Below, piece after piece: positions 38,202 to 51,135 of a DNA stretch of 64,000 nucleotides. Numbering within the stretch: position 1 is the first letter of the stretch; each line of letters begins with the position of its first letter. Origin of the DNA: Octopus sinensis. Its lineage: Eukaryota. A model generated the notes under the pieces. The model had not been told where the DNA came from and did not search any database. It saw only the letters and a program-made list of their open reading frames with translations. Location of the stretch: contig NC_043011.1 in the NCBI RefSeq assembly GCF_006345805.1, positions 45,768,464 through 45,832,463 on the forward strand. Reading direction: 5' to 3'. The position numbers and the translations under genes are program-made.

Positions 38202-38745
38202 TCACACATGTACATGCATTTAATATCATCTTATATTCGTTTCCCAAAGTGAAGGGTTGGATGGATCACCATGGTTGGAACCAGCACGTATTTGGGTAGG
38301 AGATGTCTTGCATTTATTTCGTTTGTGTGTGTGGGCGTATGTGTGTGTGTGTGTGTGTGTACATATGAAAGTACATATGTGTTTGTGTGTACATATGAAA
38401 GTACATATGTGTATGTGTGTACATATATTTATATGTATGTCTATGTCTTTATAAATGTATATAAATATGCACATGTGTATGTGTGTATGTATATATATTT
38501 ATACATGTGCATGTATAAGTATGTATATATATTTATCTATATGTATATATATGTGTGAATATATATATATATGTGTGTACACATGTATGTTTACATAAAT
38601 ATGTTTATATATATGTATATATATATATGCATATATCGATGTGTGTATATATATAATGCGTATATATGTATGTGTATATTTATGTGTATATATGTGTACA
38701 TATATATATATATATGTGTGCATATATGTATATATATATATATAG
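37870..38745. repeat. Compound TG/TA microsatellite field
   Basis: Seen directly. Confidence 0.9.
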
Positions 38746-39249
38746 TGAGAATTTACAAAAAAAAACAAAAGATGAAGACGGGTGTGTAAACAACAAACAG
38801 ATGCATTAGTTTAACGCTCGGAAAATGAGAAAGTGTTTTATGTTTCGAGCCTATGCTCTTCGACAGAATAAACAGGGAAAGAAAATAGAAAAAAGTTTAG
38901 TGGCTAATGATCTATTATGGCAAATGCCGGACAGAGGGGTCACACAGGAGAGCTGGTCTATATCTGTATACATGTGTGTATATATCATCATTATGGTTAT
39001 TTTGTGTATGCATTATTATCAGTATACAGTCTTTCATTTCAGGTAAAATGGCAAATATATCATGCCATATTGTAATTACTTTTTCTTATATAGTAATTAA
39101 GTTAGGCATCAAATAGATGTCTGAGTAAATTACCCCAAAAAATCCAAGTAAGAGCACCATGTGTGACATTTGTGTGAAGTAGTATCTTGGTTGTAGAGAA
39201 GAAGACTAACAGACCAACTGGTCAATACTCCATATTTTCTCTGTTCTTT

Positions 39250-40360
39250 ATATGTAGGGATCTTGCTTAACTTTGTCTGAGATTTGAAACCAAATTCACC
39301 TGCTTATTCCTTGTCAAAAAAAGTGGGAAATCTTTTTTACACTAGATGATTGGTGAGGAAATTCTCGACTCCCTAGGACCTGTACTGGTGAAGGAAAGGT
39401 CAGTCCTTTGTTTAGGGTTTGGCCTACATTACTGACCATAGTCTATATAACAGAGAGAATTTCCTATCTCTCTCTTATGTGTCAGCTATGACCAAGGAGC
39501 AACACCCTTTCTTTTGTGTCAGCCAGACCAACAAGCAACATGCTCTTTTATATCAGCTAACCCAAGGAGCAGCACCTGCTTTTGCATCAGCCTTAACAAA
39601 GAGCAGCACTTCATTTTGCCCTTTGCTCGACATGTGAAGAGAGTCTTTCGGTCGCAAGGAAGGTGATGCCACTTTTGTCCTTTCTTTCTTTCTAGTCAGC
39701 TCCATGCATTCCTTACTCTTTCACTCTCTACTGACAGACAACCTTTATCTACACTATTAACTACTAACCAGCAAGCCAACCTTGTTGTCACTGTCACTAG
39801 AACTGCTGCTGTCTCTTTAACTACCTGTCGGGCAAACGAATAAACATATGCAAATAATATTTCTTCCTTCTTGGTGTTGATTCTTCGATGTTTATTGGTA
39901 CTCCAACATGAGAACCTTCAAGCGTTACATCTACACTCTATAATTAGTAATGGGCTACATCATATCGACCTGATATCACATCTTTCCTCCAGCCTGCTAC
40001 AATTGGTGACCCTTGACTTCAACTAATGAAACTTGCAATCCCATGCAATTCCTGACAAGCTTCATAAAATACAAGGACCACACAATATATTTGTAACAGC
40101 CTTTGAAATTATATCATTGCTACTCGGTATATATCTGGGCTACCCTAATCATTTATACTGTTTGTGTCTATGGAGTAACTGGGATGATAAAAATTAATAC
40201 AAAAAGATTAATTGGTCATCCGGAACTGCACAAATTGTTGGTAAATATGATATATAAAAACCAAACACTGGATTATCTGGAAATATATCTACCATTACTT
40301 CAGATTATATTTGGCCCCTATGAAGAGTATGGATCATCAAGGTTTTATTGTATTTAGAGA
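39250..40360 (+). pseudogene. Decayed DNA-transposon transposase (Chapaev3/CMC-like, from memory)
   Basis: Frameshifted pieces at 40020-40360: IKYKDH / SLLLGIYLGYPNHLYCLCLWSNWDDKN*YKKINW....IVGKYDI / IYLPLLQIIFG / MKSMDHQG, paralleling the LLLG.Q.GY...C.LC.WDSR...W...G..N...LPPLHIKLG motif series; the 5' extent is uncertain. Confidence 0.6.
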
Positions 40361-40364
40361 GCTG

Positions 40365-40427
40365 GCAGAATCATTAGCATGCCAGGTGAAATGCTTAGTG
40401 GTATTTGAGGCAACTCTCCACGTTTTG

Positions 40428-40458
<31 letters not shown>

Positions 40459-40662
40459 TAAGGCCCCAGGGCTATTGTGGTATTTCGTCTGCTGTTACGT
40501 TCTGAGTTCAAATTCCGCCGAGGTTGACTTTGCTTTTCATCCTTTCGGGGTCAATAAATTAAGTACCAGTTACGTACTGGGGTCAATGTAATCAACTTAA
40601 TCCCTTTGTCTGTCCTTGTTTGTCCCATCTATGTTTAGCCCCTTGTGGGCAATAAAGAAATA
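40365..40662 (+). mobile_element. Family B SINE carrying a 70-bp templated insert
   Basis: Insert 40407-40476 lies between gtggtattt direct repeats. Confidence 0.85.
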
Positions 40663-41667
40663 AAAATATGAGGGGCTATTTTTGTTGGTTCCTACAGAAA
40701 GGGAGCTCTTCATCCCATGAATAATATAAATTTCACTTAACAATTAGAAGTGACATTCAGTAGTAATAACTAGATGATTATGATTTTCTTGTGTAGGGCC
40801 CTTACCCCCATTGTGAAACTCCTGTCTTTGTTTGAAGCCAGAAAAATGGAAGAAGAACAACCCGTTTAACATTATGACTAACATAAAGCATGGTACCGAG
40901 AAGGAATATAGTCTGCCGGTGCAATAAAAAACCTGGAAGGAAAAAAAAATTGCAGGGTGGAAGTCTTTGGTTATATATTAAATCTGAACGTGATAGGGAT
41001 ATTTCGTTATCTGATCTGAATTCAGCACCACTGATTTGGCAGGAAATGGTAGTTCCAATATTTGTAACAAAAAAAAAAAAAAATAGAAGGAAAAACTTGT
41101 TGCCTAGTGTTATGAAAAATAGAATATAAAAATGACACAGAGAAGACTTTCGAATGTTATAACAAACGTTTATTAGATAAAATGGTTGGTTGAATGGGTA
41201 TAGAATACTTCTGGAGCTCTCATTATTTCTGTTGTGCTACATGAATCCTGTATCTGAATGTGTGTGTTAATGTGTGTGGATGTGCAATATAATACAGATA
41301 TAATAGATGAATCTGAAACATATGCAGAATAATTTTTGAAGCCCATAAAACTGAATGGGGACATTATTCTCTAATAAGTTGACTGTTTATACTTTGAAAT
41401 AAACCCGCAGAGTTGTTTTTATGAGCAAAGTTATGTTTATTTTGAAATGAGTATATCATCAAACTGGGATTTATAACAATAATAGCATTTGCCAATATTT
41501 ATGCTTCACTAACTTATATCTTTTATTTCTTGTTTTTTTTATTTTTACATTGCGATAGCAGATTCGGACATTTATATTGTATCTTCCTTACTAAACGCAC
41601 TCTTGAATCCAGGGTGGTGTGAAGTTTCCTTTGAGGCAACTATCTATGTTTTGAAATTATATATATA

Positions 41668-41754
41668 AGCCTCGGGCCGACCAAAGCCTTGTGAGTGGAT
41701 TTGGTAGACAGAAACTGAAAGAAGCCCGTCATATATATGTATATGTGTATATAT

Positions 41755-41833
<79 letters not shown>

Positions 41834-42038
41834 TTGTGTGTCTGTATTTGTCCCTCAACATCGCTTGACAACTGATGCTGGTGTGTTTACGTTCCCTGTA
41901 ACTTAGCAGTTCGCCAAAAGAGACCGATAGAATAAGTACTAGGCTTACAAAGAATAAGTCCTGGGGTCGATTTGCTCTACTAAAGGCAGTGCTCCAGCAT
42001 GGCCGCAGTCAAATGGCTGAAACAAGTAAAAGAGTAAA
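41668..42038 (+). mobile_element. Family A SINE, 5'-truncated, inserted in (TA)n
   Basis: Family match. Confidence 0.9.
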
Positions 42039-42051
42039 AATGAATAAAAGA

Positions 42052-42096
<45 letters not shown>

Positions 42097-42389
42097 AAGG
42101 CCCCAGGGCTATTGTGCTTAGGCAGACTTCAACACCTCAAAGCCATGCTTGCACCTATATATTGTATATTGTCACTTGTGCTTGTTGTAGTTAATTAGTG
42201 CTAGGTGATTGTGTTGATTGATCACTTAAGGCATCTTTGGTAACTTGTGTCATGGCATCTTAGCAGAAATCTCAGATTTTGGAAAATCAATTCTTAAAAA
42301 CAGTAATTATGTTGTTATTCTGTTTACTAATGAAAGTAACAATTGAGTTGTTCTGATAGCATGGGAGATGAACTTACTTTGGTAATGCT

Positions 42390-43035
42390 GCCACCACCAT
42401 CTTTATCATCACTGTCATGACGAGGGTGATGGTGACGATGACGATGACCACCACCATCACTATCACCACCTCTACTTCTACCACCACCATCCCTACCGCC
42501 TCTACCTCCACCACCACCTTCATCATTACCTTCATCATCACTCCCACCACTTACTCCCATCATCATGACCACCACCACAACCATCACCACCACTACCACC
42601 ACCGAAGCTGCCACCCCCACCACTACCTCCATCACCACCTTCATCATTACCTTCGTCATCACTCCCACCACTTACTCTCATCATCATGATCACCGCCACA
42701 ACCATCACCACCACTACCACCACCGAAGCTGCCACCCCCACCACTACCTCCATCACCACCTTCATCATTACCTTCGTCATCACTCCCACCACTTACTCCC
42801 ATCATCATGACCACCACCACAACCATCACCACCACAACCATCACCACCACAACCATCACCACCACAACCATCACCACCACAACCATCACCACCACTACTA
42901 CCACCACCACCACCACCACCGAAGCTGCCACCCCCACCACCATCAAAGCCGCCACCACTACCAAAACCGCCACTGCTACCACCACCACCACCACCACCAC
43001 CACCACCAAAGCCGCCACTACTACCACAACCAGTA
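42390..43035. repeat. CAC/CAT-rich minisatellite with a 121-bp higher-order unit and a 15-bp sub-expansion
   Basis: ttactc at 42551, 42672 and 42793; gaagctgcc at 42604, 42725 and 42921. Confidence 0.9.
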
Positions 43036-43914
43036 TCATTAAACTCTATGTTATGAATTATTTTCTCTTACATCAATGATTCTTCATGTGGGTTTGCCAT
43101 ATGTCCAAATCATGTCCAACTAGAAGTCACTATAACAAGAGCTGATATATATAAAGGAATATATATACATGTGTGTGTGTGTGTGTGTGTGGTGTGTGTG
43201 TGTGTGGCTTAGTGGTTAGGGTAATCGGCTTATGATTGTAAGGTCTTGCTCGATTCCTGATGGCACATTGTGCCATTAAGCAAGACACTTTAATTTTCTT
43301 GTTCCAGTCCACTTAGTTGGCAAGAATGAGTTGTCCCAGTAATTCAAAGGGCCAGCCTGGTCACATTCTGTGCCACACTGAATTTCCTTGAGAACTACAT
43401 TAAGGGAACTGAGAACTGAGCAAAATGCTTAGCAGCATTTCGTCCCTCTTTACATTTTGAGTTCAAATTCCACTGAGGTCACCTTTGCCTTTCATCCTTC
43501 CGGGGTCAATAAAATAAGTACCATTTGAGCACTGGGGTTGTTGCTATTGGCTTACCACTTCCCCTAAACATCCTAGCCTTGTGCCAAAATTTGAAACCAA
43601 TATTTAAGTTTGTTCAATCTAGATGTCCTTGTGGTAGGTTTTATATTTGCAAAAGACAACAGCTACATTTTGAAATAATGTCTTTCTGAAATCAATGAAG
43701 ATGTTTTGGTGCTCTAATTGTTTTTGTTTTTTTTTGTTTTTTTCCCACATAGAAATCCTCAGTTAAGGAACTTCTCATCAGTGAACAACAATGGATTTCT
43801 TTTTTTACCGTTTTGTGACATTTTATTTTTTTAAGAGAACCTCCTGTATAATCTTGTGAAAGCTAATGAGAGTGACTGTTGAGTAGTTCTGCCAATGCTG
43901 TGGATTAACTTTCT

Positions 43915-44125
43915 TTGGTATCACCACCATCCCCAATACGTTCATCATCATCATCATCATCATCATCACTGCAACCACAACCACCAGCATCTTCATCATC
44001 ATTATCCTTACTACCATCATCATCAGCATTTTTGTTACTATTGTCGCCATCGCTTGTCGTCATCATCATCATCATCACCATCATTGTCACTGCTGTCATT
44101 ACCACCATCATCGTCATTGTCATCA
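43915..44125. repeat. Degenerate (CAT/CAC)n trinucleotide tract
   Basis: Seen directly. Confidence 0.85.
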
Positions 44126-44294
44126 TTAAGCAGTGTCAATTTTCTGTTACATAATATTTTGTTTCAGATTGATCATTATGTGTGTTGATGTCTCTGTACC
44201 ATTCCTATTGGCACGTTGGTTCACTACTGTTTGTCATACTGAACTAGTTTTTAATTCCTCATTGAGACAATATATAATAATAATAATAATAATC

Positions 44295-44432
44295 ATCATC
44301 ACCATCATTTAGCGTCCGCTTTCCATGCTAGCATGGGTTGGGCGGTTCAACTGGGGTCTGGGAAGCCAGAAGGCTGCACCAGGCCCAGTCTGATCTGGCA
44401 ATGTTTCTATGGCTGGATGCCCTTCCTAACGC
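44295..44432 (-). mobile_element. Family C retroposon, truncated
   Basis: Family match. Confidence 0.85.
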
Positions 44433-44503
44433 CTGATTCCAAACTTACAGGGAGAAATTCAATTTAGTAATACTTAATCAAATTTTGCAATATATAATAC
44501 ATG

Positions 44504-44627
44504 TATATAAATTAGGGAAGAATCACCATGTAGCAATTCAACAATGATATACTTTTTTTCTCTATGGTATGATTTAAGTATATCATTGTTGAATTGCTAC
44601 ATGGTGGTTCTTCTCTAAATTTATATA
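44504..44627. repeat. Hairpin with arms of about 51 bp and a 21-nt loop
   Basis: 44504-44554 pairs with 44576-44627 (2 substitutions, 1 indel). Confidence 0.9.
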
Positions 44628-44669
44628 TATATATATATATATATGTAAAGGGCCCCTTCGGTCAAAAAT

Positions 44670-44880
44670 GACCATAGGCAGACCAAGATAGTTTCATGGA
44701 ATGTGACCAAATGAGGTTTTTAAACATAGTCCCCCTAGCAATCTACCCATTTCTTCCATTGGTGTTACAGTGCTTGGATTCCATTGGTGAAGAAGCTTTC
44801 ATCCTGTTGGTCAAAAAAGTCATCAATAACTGTTTGGACATCATCTTTACTGCAGTACTTGTTCCTAGCCAAGTGTTTTT
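44670..44880 (-). pseudogene. Mariner transposase C-terminal remnant
   Basis: Minus-strand translation HLARNKYCSKDDVQTVIDDFFDQQDESFFTNGIQAL*HQWKKWVDC*GDYV*K. Confidence 0.8.
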
Positions 44881-44929
44881 TTTTTTTTTTCATGTCAGGG
44901 AATTATAGCAAATTATAGAATGGCCTTGA

Positions 44930-45097
44930 CTCACTTATGGAAAATGACTTCTAGACTGGATTCCATAAGTGGCAGGAATGCTGGGATCGGTGTATTGCTG
45001 TGACTAATTTGAAGCAGATGATGTTAAAACTTAGGTAAATAAGTTATTTTTTTTATTAAACATGACTTGTCCAGGAACCTTTTGATACCACCTCATA
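44930..45097 (+). mobile_element. Second mariner 3' remnant with right TIR
   Basis: ENDF*TGFHKWQECWDRCIA followed by gtccaggaaccttttgataccacctcaTA, the complement of the TIR at 50085 and 51116. Confidence 0.7.
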
Positions 45098-46299
45098 CAT
45101 TACTGTTATCAGTGAAGATGTAATCCTGTTCACTGATAACAGTTGAGCCGGTCACCCATTGATGGATAATTTTGGTTATAAAAATAGGGAAGCATTTGTT
45201 ATTTGACTCTGCTTCATGTATACTTGTGTACATTCCATTGAGGAAAATTGAAAAACTCTTATAAGTCTTTCAAACCTATGATGAAATTTTGTTCTGAAAT
45301 TTTCACCTTTTAATTACTTTTTATGTCAAATTTGAATGCAGTTACAAATCATTGCTTTTGAATTTGAGCTGAAGCATGGGATCCAGCTAATCTATTCTCA
45401 TACCGAATATAAAATGAGAAATGTTTAACATGAAAAGTCCTTCATTTTATTCTTGTCCCAATTCAAATACTGTTTATATTTTTTCTTTCTACATCCACAT
45501 ATAAAGTCATTGCTAAAAGGATTACCATTTTTCCCAAACTTCCAAAGCTGTGTAAACACTGTTAAATGTCGTCTTGCATGACATGGAGATAAAAGTATTC
45601 TATGGTTGTGTGTGTGTGTGTGTGTGTTTTTTTTTATTTATTCTGAAAATTAAAAAATATAAAAAGAATAAAGATCAAATGCTATTTTACTGGTATTCTT
45701 TGAGCCTTTAAAATGTTTTTGGTCCAATAACTGATGCTTTGTTATTGACTCTGTGGCTATAGTAATGAACATTTGATGTAAAATGAATGGTTGTCAAACA
45801 GTCATCTAATCCGTGCAAACATGCACAAAACTGCCCCAAAGTGGGATGGAGGTAATCGCTGAAATAATTATGGCATATGAAGATTTCAGTTGTTCAAAAA
45901 CGTGAAAGATATTTGTCTTCCTTTCAAACCTCCCTACTCATAAAAATCTTCACATCTTATACTGTACTTTTGAAATATTTTTCATGTAATCTTCAGAGTA
46001 TTGGAACTTTGAGCATTAACTGAAATATCTATATAGATTAACAGACAGATATTTCACTGCTTCTATCAATGGAAAAGGAAACTTTTGTTAGAGAGTATTT
46101 GATATTTCATTATATTTCATCATTAAATATTGACCATCCTCCTTTTAGTTGTAGATGCTATGCCCCCAGGAAATGAACTGTGGGTTCTGTAAGAGCCTTG
46201 AGGTTTGTCTTCAGTAACATAATTTATCTACAAGTAGGTTTTTTTTTTTCTCTGAGCTAGGGCCAGAGCCTTTTTATGAGAGTAATATAACTAAGTAAG

Positions 46300-46534
46300 A
46301 AGGCGGCAAGCTGGCAGAAACGTTAGCACGTCATGCGAAATGCATAGCCGTATTTCGTCTGCCGTTACGTTCTGAGTTCGAATTCCGCCAAGGTCGATTT
46401 TTCCCTTCATCCTTTTGGGGTCGATAAATTAAGTACCAGTTATGCACTGGGGTCGATGTAATTGACTTAATCCGTTTTTCTGTCCTTGTTTGTCCCCTCT
46501 GTGCTTAACCCCTTGTGGGTAGTAAAGAAATAGG
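46300..46534 (+). mobile_element. Family B SINE monomer with 14-bp TSD
   Basis: tataactaagtaag at 46286-46299 and 46535-46548. Confidence 0.9.
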
Positions 46535-48544
46535 TATAACTAAGTAAGGAAACAGGTATGCTGGAAGGAAGATTTTATAGAAAGGTATTTCTAGGAAATA
46601 AGAATTGGCCATATTGTTAAGTTTGCAATTAAAGAAATGAGACACAGTTGAGTGACATGAGGGATCCAGCATATGGGCTCCATGGTTTAGCCCTTTATTA
46701 TCTTTATTATTTAACCCATCCTTACCCTGCTCAAATAGTTTATTTTATGTCCAAGCCAGCCACATCTAGCCTCTCATACTTCCCCAGCAATGTCATCATC
46801 ATCATCATTGTTTAACACAGCATTGACACAGGTGCTTTTTAAGTGGCACTGGCACTTGAAAGGACAAGTCATTCTAAAAATATACAATCACATCATTGAA
46901 ATCTCAAAGCTACAAGACAATTCATGATTAATTCAAAATCATGAGAATCAATAAGCATTCCATTTGACAGTGTAGTCTAAATGCTAAAGGTTTAACGTGT
47001 GAAGTAGTTTTGTGTATTTGTGAAAAGTGATCTTAAAAAGGCAGCTTGGATTTTATGTTGAATTCTTGAATATATGAAGAAGAGTATGCCTCTATGACAG
47101 ACTATCTTAGAACATTATTAAGTTTATAAGTTCTATATGAAGAATAAAGTGTATTTTAATACATTTTATGAATTCATCTATGTTTCAATGTTAAATTTGC
47201 TACATCCATAGAATTAAATGAATCTGATTTAGTACTTTGTTCCAGTTCTTTATCATTAAGTAAGCAGGTAACTAACTTATTAATTAGTAATTCTGATTAC
47301 TTTTATTAGGAAACATCATATGTTGTAAATGAGAACCTGTGGTCAGTTTCTCAGTGAGTTAAGATTTGTTCTGTGTTTCTTTTATCTACTAAAAACAATC
47401 ATTTCATATCACTAGTATAACTTCACCTGTTGATCATAACAGAGGTTACCAAAACTATTCACTAAATATCACAATTGACAGTTTGCCTAAAGCTCTTCAT
47501 CTACAAATCTACTTTAGTAAACACTGTCATTCATGAAAACTTTGGGTGCTTCTATCTTACAACATTAAAATACCCCTGAAACTTAGCCATTAATATATTT
47601 ACATATTTATAGTTCAAACAATGCCTTGGTCAAAACACATTAGATTGACTTAATCATAATAGCACACTTCTCCAGGCTCTATGATTATTTTCTCTATTTG
47701 AAAAGGAGAATTTTTCCCGAAATATTATAGGATCGTGAAATAACCTGCGTAAGATAATATATTTTCTCTTTGTATTAACATAAGTACATATTTTGATTAA
47801 TTGCTCATCCATATTGCTCACAGGCTTTACAAACATTTATTTCATGTACACCTACATACTGCAATGCCTCAAGCAAAAACAACACTGTTTTGATTGTGTA
47901 ATTTGTATTTGTGTTTTCTTTTCTCCAATTGCTTTTGCACTTATTTCTCAGCCAATTCTTTTGTTTTATGATGTGATGTAGAAAGAGATTCTTATTAACT
48001 TATTAACGAGTTTATGCCAAGTTAACCAAATACCTTCACTTTTTTGTTGGTTAGTTAAACTGCAGTGAATAGAGCTTGGTAATCTTTAGAATTGAAACAA
48101 AATCAGTCATTCTAATATTTATATTTTTAAAAAGAATATTCTTCCACCTACACACTGCTTTTGAAATGATGCAATATATGTAGAATTTGGACATCCTTCT
48201 TTTGAACATATCAAATGTTATCGAAAACTTTGTTTTGTCGTATGTTTTGTCTTGATGATAATTTATTTTCACTTGGTATTATCTAAAAACACAAGAAGTT
48301 TTAAAGCATAAATTTTTGCATTGTCTTTAGGATTTGATGGTTATTATGTCTAAAATGTCCTCTGTCTTGTTTACCTCATTCATTTATTGTTCTGAAACAT
48401 AAATACACATAAATAAATTCAAAAGCCACCCCCGCCTCCCATGCATATATATGTCTGTGTATGCGTGCATATATGCATGTATGTGTTTATGTATGCATAC
48501 ATGCCTGTGTGTGTATGTTTGTGTATATATATATATATATATAT

Positions 48545-49036
48545 AAATATAGTAACTATATATGTGTATGTGTGTGTATACACTCACACATACATATACA
48601 TACAAAAACATTTATATATATATATAGATCATCATCATCATCATCATCATCATTTAGCGTCTGCTTTCCATGCTAGCATGGGTTGGACGGTTCAACTGGG
48701 GTCTGTGAAGCTGGAAGGCTTCGTCAGGCCCAGTCAGATCTGGCAGTGTTTCTACGGCTGGATGCCCTTCCTAGCACCACTACACTCACGGAGTGGTTGG
48801 CGTTAGGAAGGACATCCAGCCATAGAAACACTGCCAGATCAGACTGCGCCTGATGCGGCCTTCCGGCTTCACAGACCCCAGTTGAACCGTCCAACCCATG
48901 CTAGCATGGAAAGTGGACGCTAAATGATGATGATGATGATGATGATGATGATCTATATATATATATAAATGTTTTTGTATGTATATGTATGTGTGAGTGT
49001 ATACACACACATACACATATATAGTTACTATATTTA
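48545..49036. repeat. Inverted duplication: two head-to-head family C copies plus a mirrored flank
   Basis: Flank 48545-48627 is the exact reverse complement of 48953-49036. Confidence 0.9.
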
Positions 49037-49845
49037 CTTGTGTAACTGCGTTTATGAATAACCACATGCTTATGTATTGAGAATCTTAAGTTATTATATT
49101 TCATAACCTTCCAATAAAACGAATTTGCTCAGTGCAATGATTCTGATGTTTCAAAGCATGGTATCTATTTTGAAGAATTCCGAGATAAACCATCATTATT
49201 ATTTCATGGTAAATTTCTTCCAACTGTTTGCCTTGTCGTTCTTATTTCCTGAATAGTTTAACCAGGAAACTCTGTTTCGGCCAGACTTCTCAAGCAACAG
49301 TATGCGTATATTTACCAACTTCCATCTGCTGAATTTAGAATGTCTTACTTTATATTCTCACCAAGATTTTACAGTGGCATTTATTTAGTTTCTTATTATT
49401 ATTTCGACTACTTTCCCATGCAGTGTTTCAATTCAATCAGTTACGCTTCTAAATTGAAGCCGCTCAGTAAATATACTGGACATGACTTAGCAAATACGTT
49501 TGAAATGTAGTTTCCTATTCTCTGGCATTCTAACTAACAATGACAGAAAACAGTGTGATGAGATTTAAGAGGGATTATAATGTTTAAAGCTGGTAAGTCA
49601 TTTAATATTACTATTGTAGCATAAGTTTAACATTATCTTCCCAGCTATTACAGTGATATCAATTTCTGTCTATTAATCCTGATTCTGGAGCCAATAGCCA
49701 AACATGTCACTTCCTTCTTTATAATATAAAGAAACGATATATAAATATAAGAATATCATATCAGATTTTATAACCTAGAACTGTGCTGCATAGAAAATTG
49801 GATGTTGGCAGTGAAATCAAATCAGCAATTCAGGCCGAGTTAAAA

Positions 49846-51135
49846 GCCTTATCTCTGTTGGCAAAATCTGGATAATTACTGGCAATATGTTTATACTTAA
49901 GTTGTCTTAATCATCATGGGTTATCAAAAGAACTTGTCATGATACTGTATCGAGCAACATGGAAAACAATATTTCTTTGACAAACCTAATATTCTTGCAT
50001 TAAAAGAATGTGTTTAACTCTGTGAAATTCTTGGCATGTTTTGATCTAAATTAGTTTGACTTGCAGAATTTAAATTTCTTTGAATACGAGGTGGTATCAA
50101 AAAGTTCTTGAACTAGTTATTTTTAATACAATATAACTATTTACCTAAGTTTTAAGATCCTTTGAAATAATCACATTGTGCAACAATACACTGGTCCCAG
50201 CGGTCCTGCTGCTTTTGGAATTCATACTGGAAGTTTTTTCCATAAGTGAGTTGAAGACCTTCTGTGATTCACTCTTGATCTCAACAGCCCTAGGCGTAGG
50301 ACTGGCTGTGTGGTAAGTAGCTTGCTTACCAACCACATGGTTCTAGGTTCATTTCCACTGCCTTATCTCTGTTGGCAAAATCTGGATAATTATTGACAAT
50401 ATGTTTATACTTAAGTTGTCTTAATCATCATGGGTTATCAAAAGAACTTGTCATGATACTGTATCGAGCAACACGGAAAACAATAATATTTCTTTGACAA
50501 ACCTAATATTCTTGCATTAAAAGAATGTGTTTAACTCTGTGAAATTCTTGGCATGTTTTGATCTAAATTAGTTTGACTTGCAGAATTTAAATTTCTTTGA
50601 ATACGAGGTGGTATCAAAAAGTTCTTGAACTAGTTATTTTTAATACAATATAACTATTTACCTAAGTTTTAAGATCCTTTGAAATAATCACATTGTGCAA
50701 CAATACACTGGTCCCAGCGGTCCTGCTGCTTTTGGAATTCATACTGGAAGTTTTTTCCATAAGTGAGTTGAAGACCTTCTGTGATTCACTCTTGATCTCA
50801 ACAGCCCTAGGCGTAGGACTGGCTGTGTGGTAAGTAGCTTGCTTACCAACCACATGGTTCTAGGTTCATTCCACTGCCTTATCTCTGTTGGCAAAATCTG
50901 GATAATTATTGACAATATGTTTATACTTAAGTTGTCTTAATCATCATGGGTTATCAAAAGAACTTGTCATGATACTGTATCGAGCAACATGGAAAACAAT
51001 ATTTCTTTGACAAACCTAATATTCTTGCATTAAAAGAATGTGTTTAACTCTGTGAAATTCTTGGCATGTTTTGATCTAAATTAGTTTGACTTGCAGAATT
51101 TAAATTTCTTTGAATATGAGGTGGTATGAAAAATT
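49846..51135. repeat. Tandem repeat of about 516 bp, 2.5 copies (unique DNA + mariner-MITE left end + family A head)
   Basis: gccttatctctgttggc at 49846, 50360 and 50876. Confidence 0.95.

Noticed and set aside
42327-43079. Thr-, His- and Val-rich ORFs resembling mucin or His-rich proteins
   Set aside because: Open in nearly all frames because of trinucleotide repeats; the 121-bp period breaks frame.
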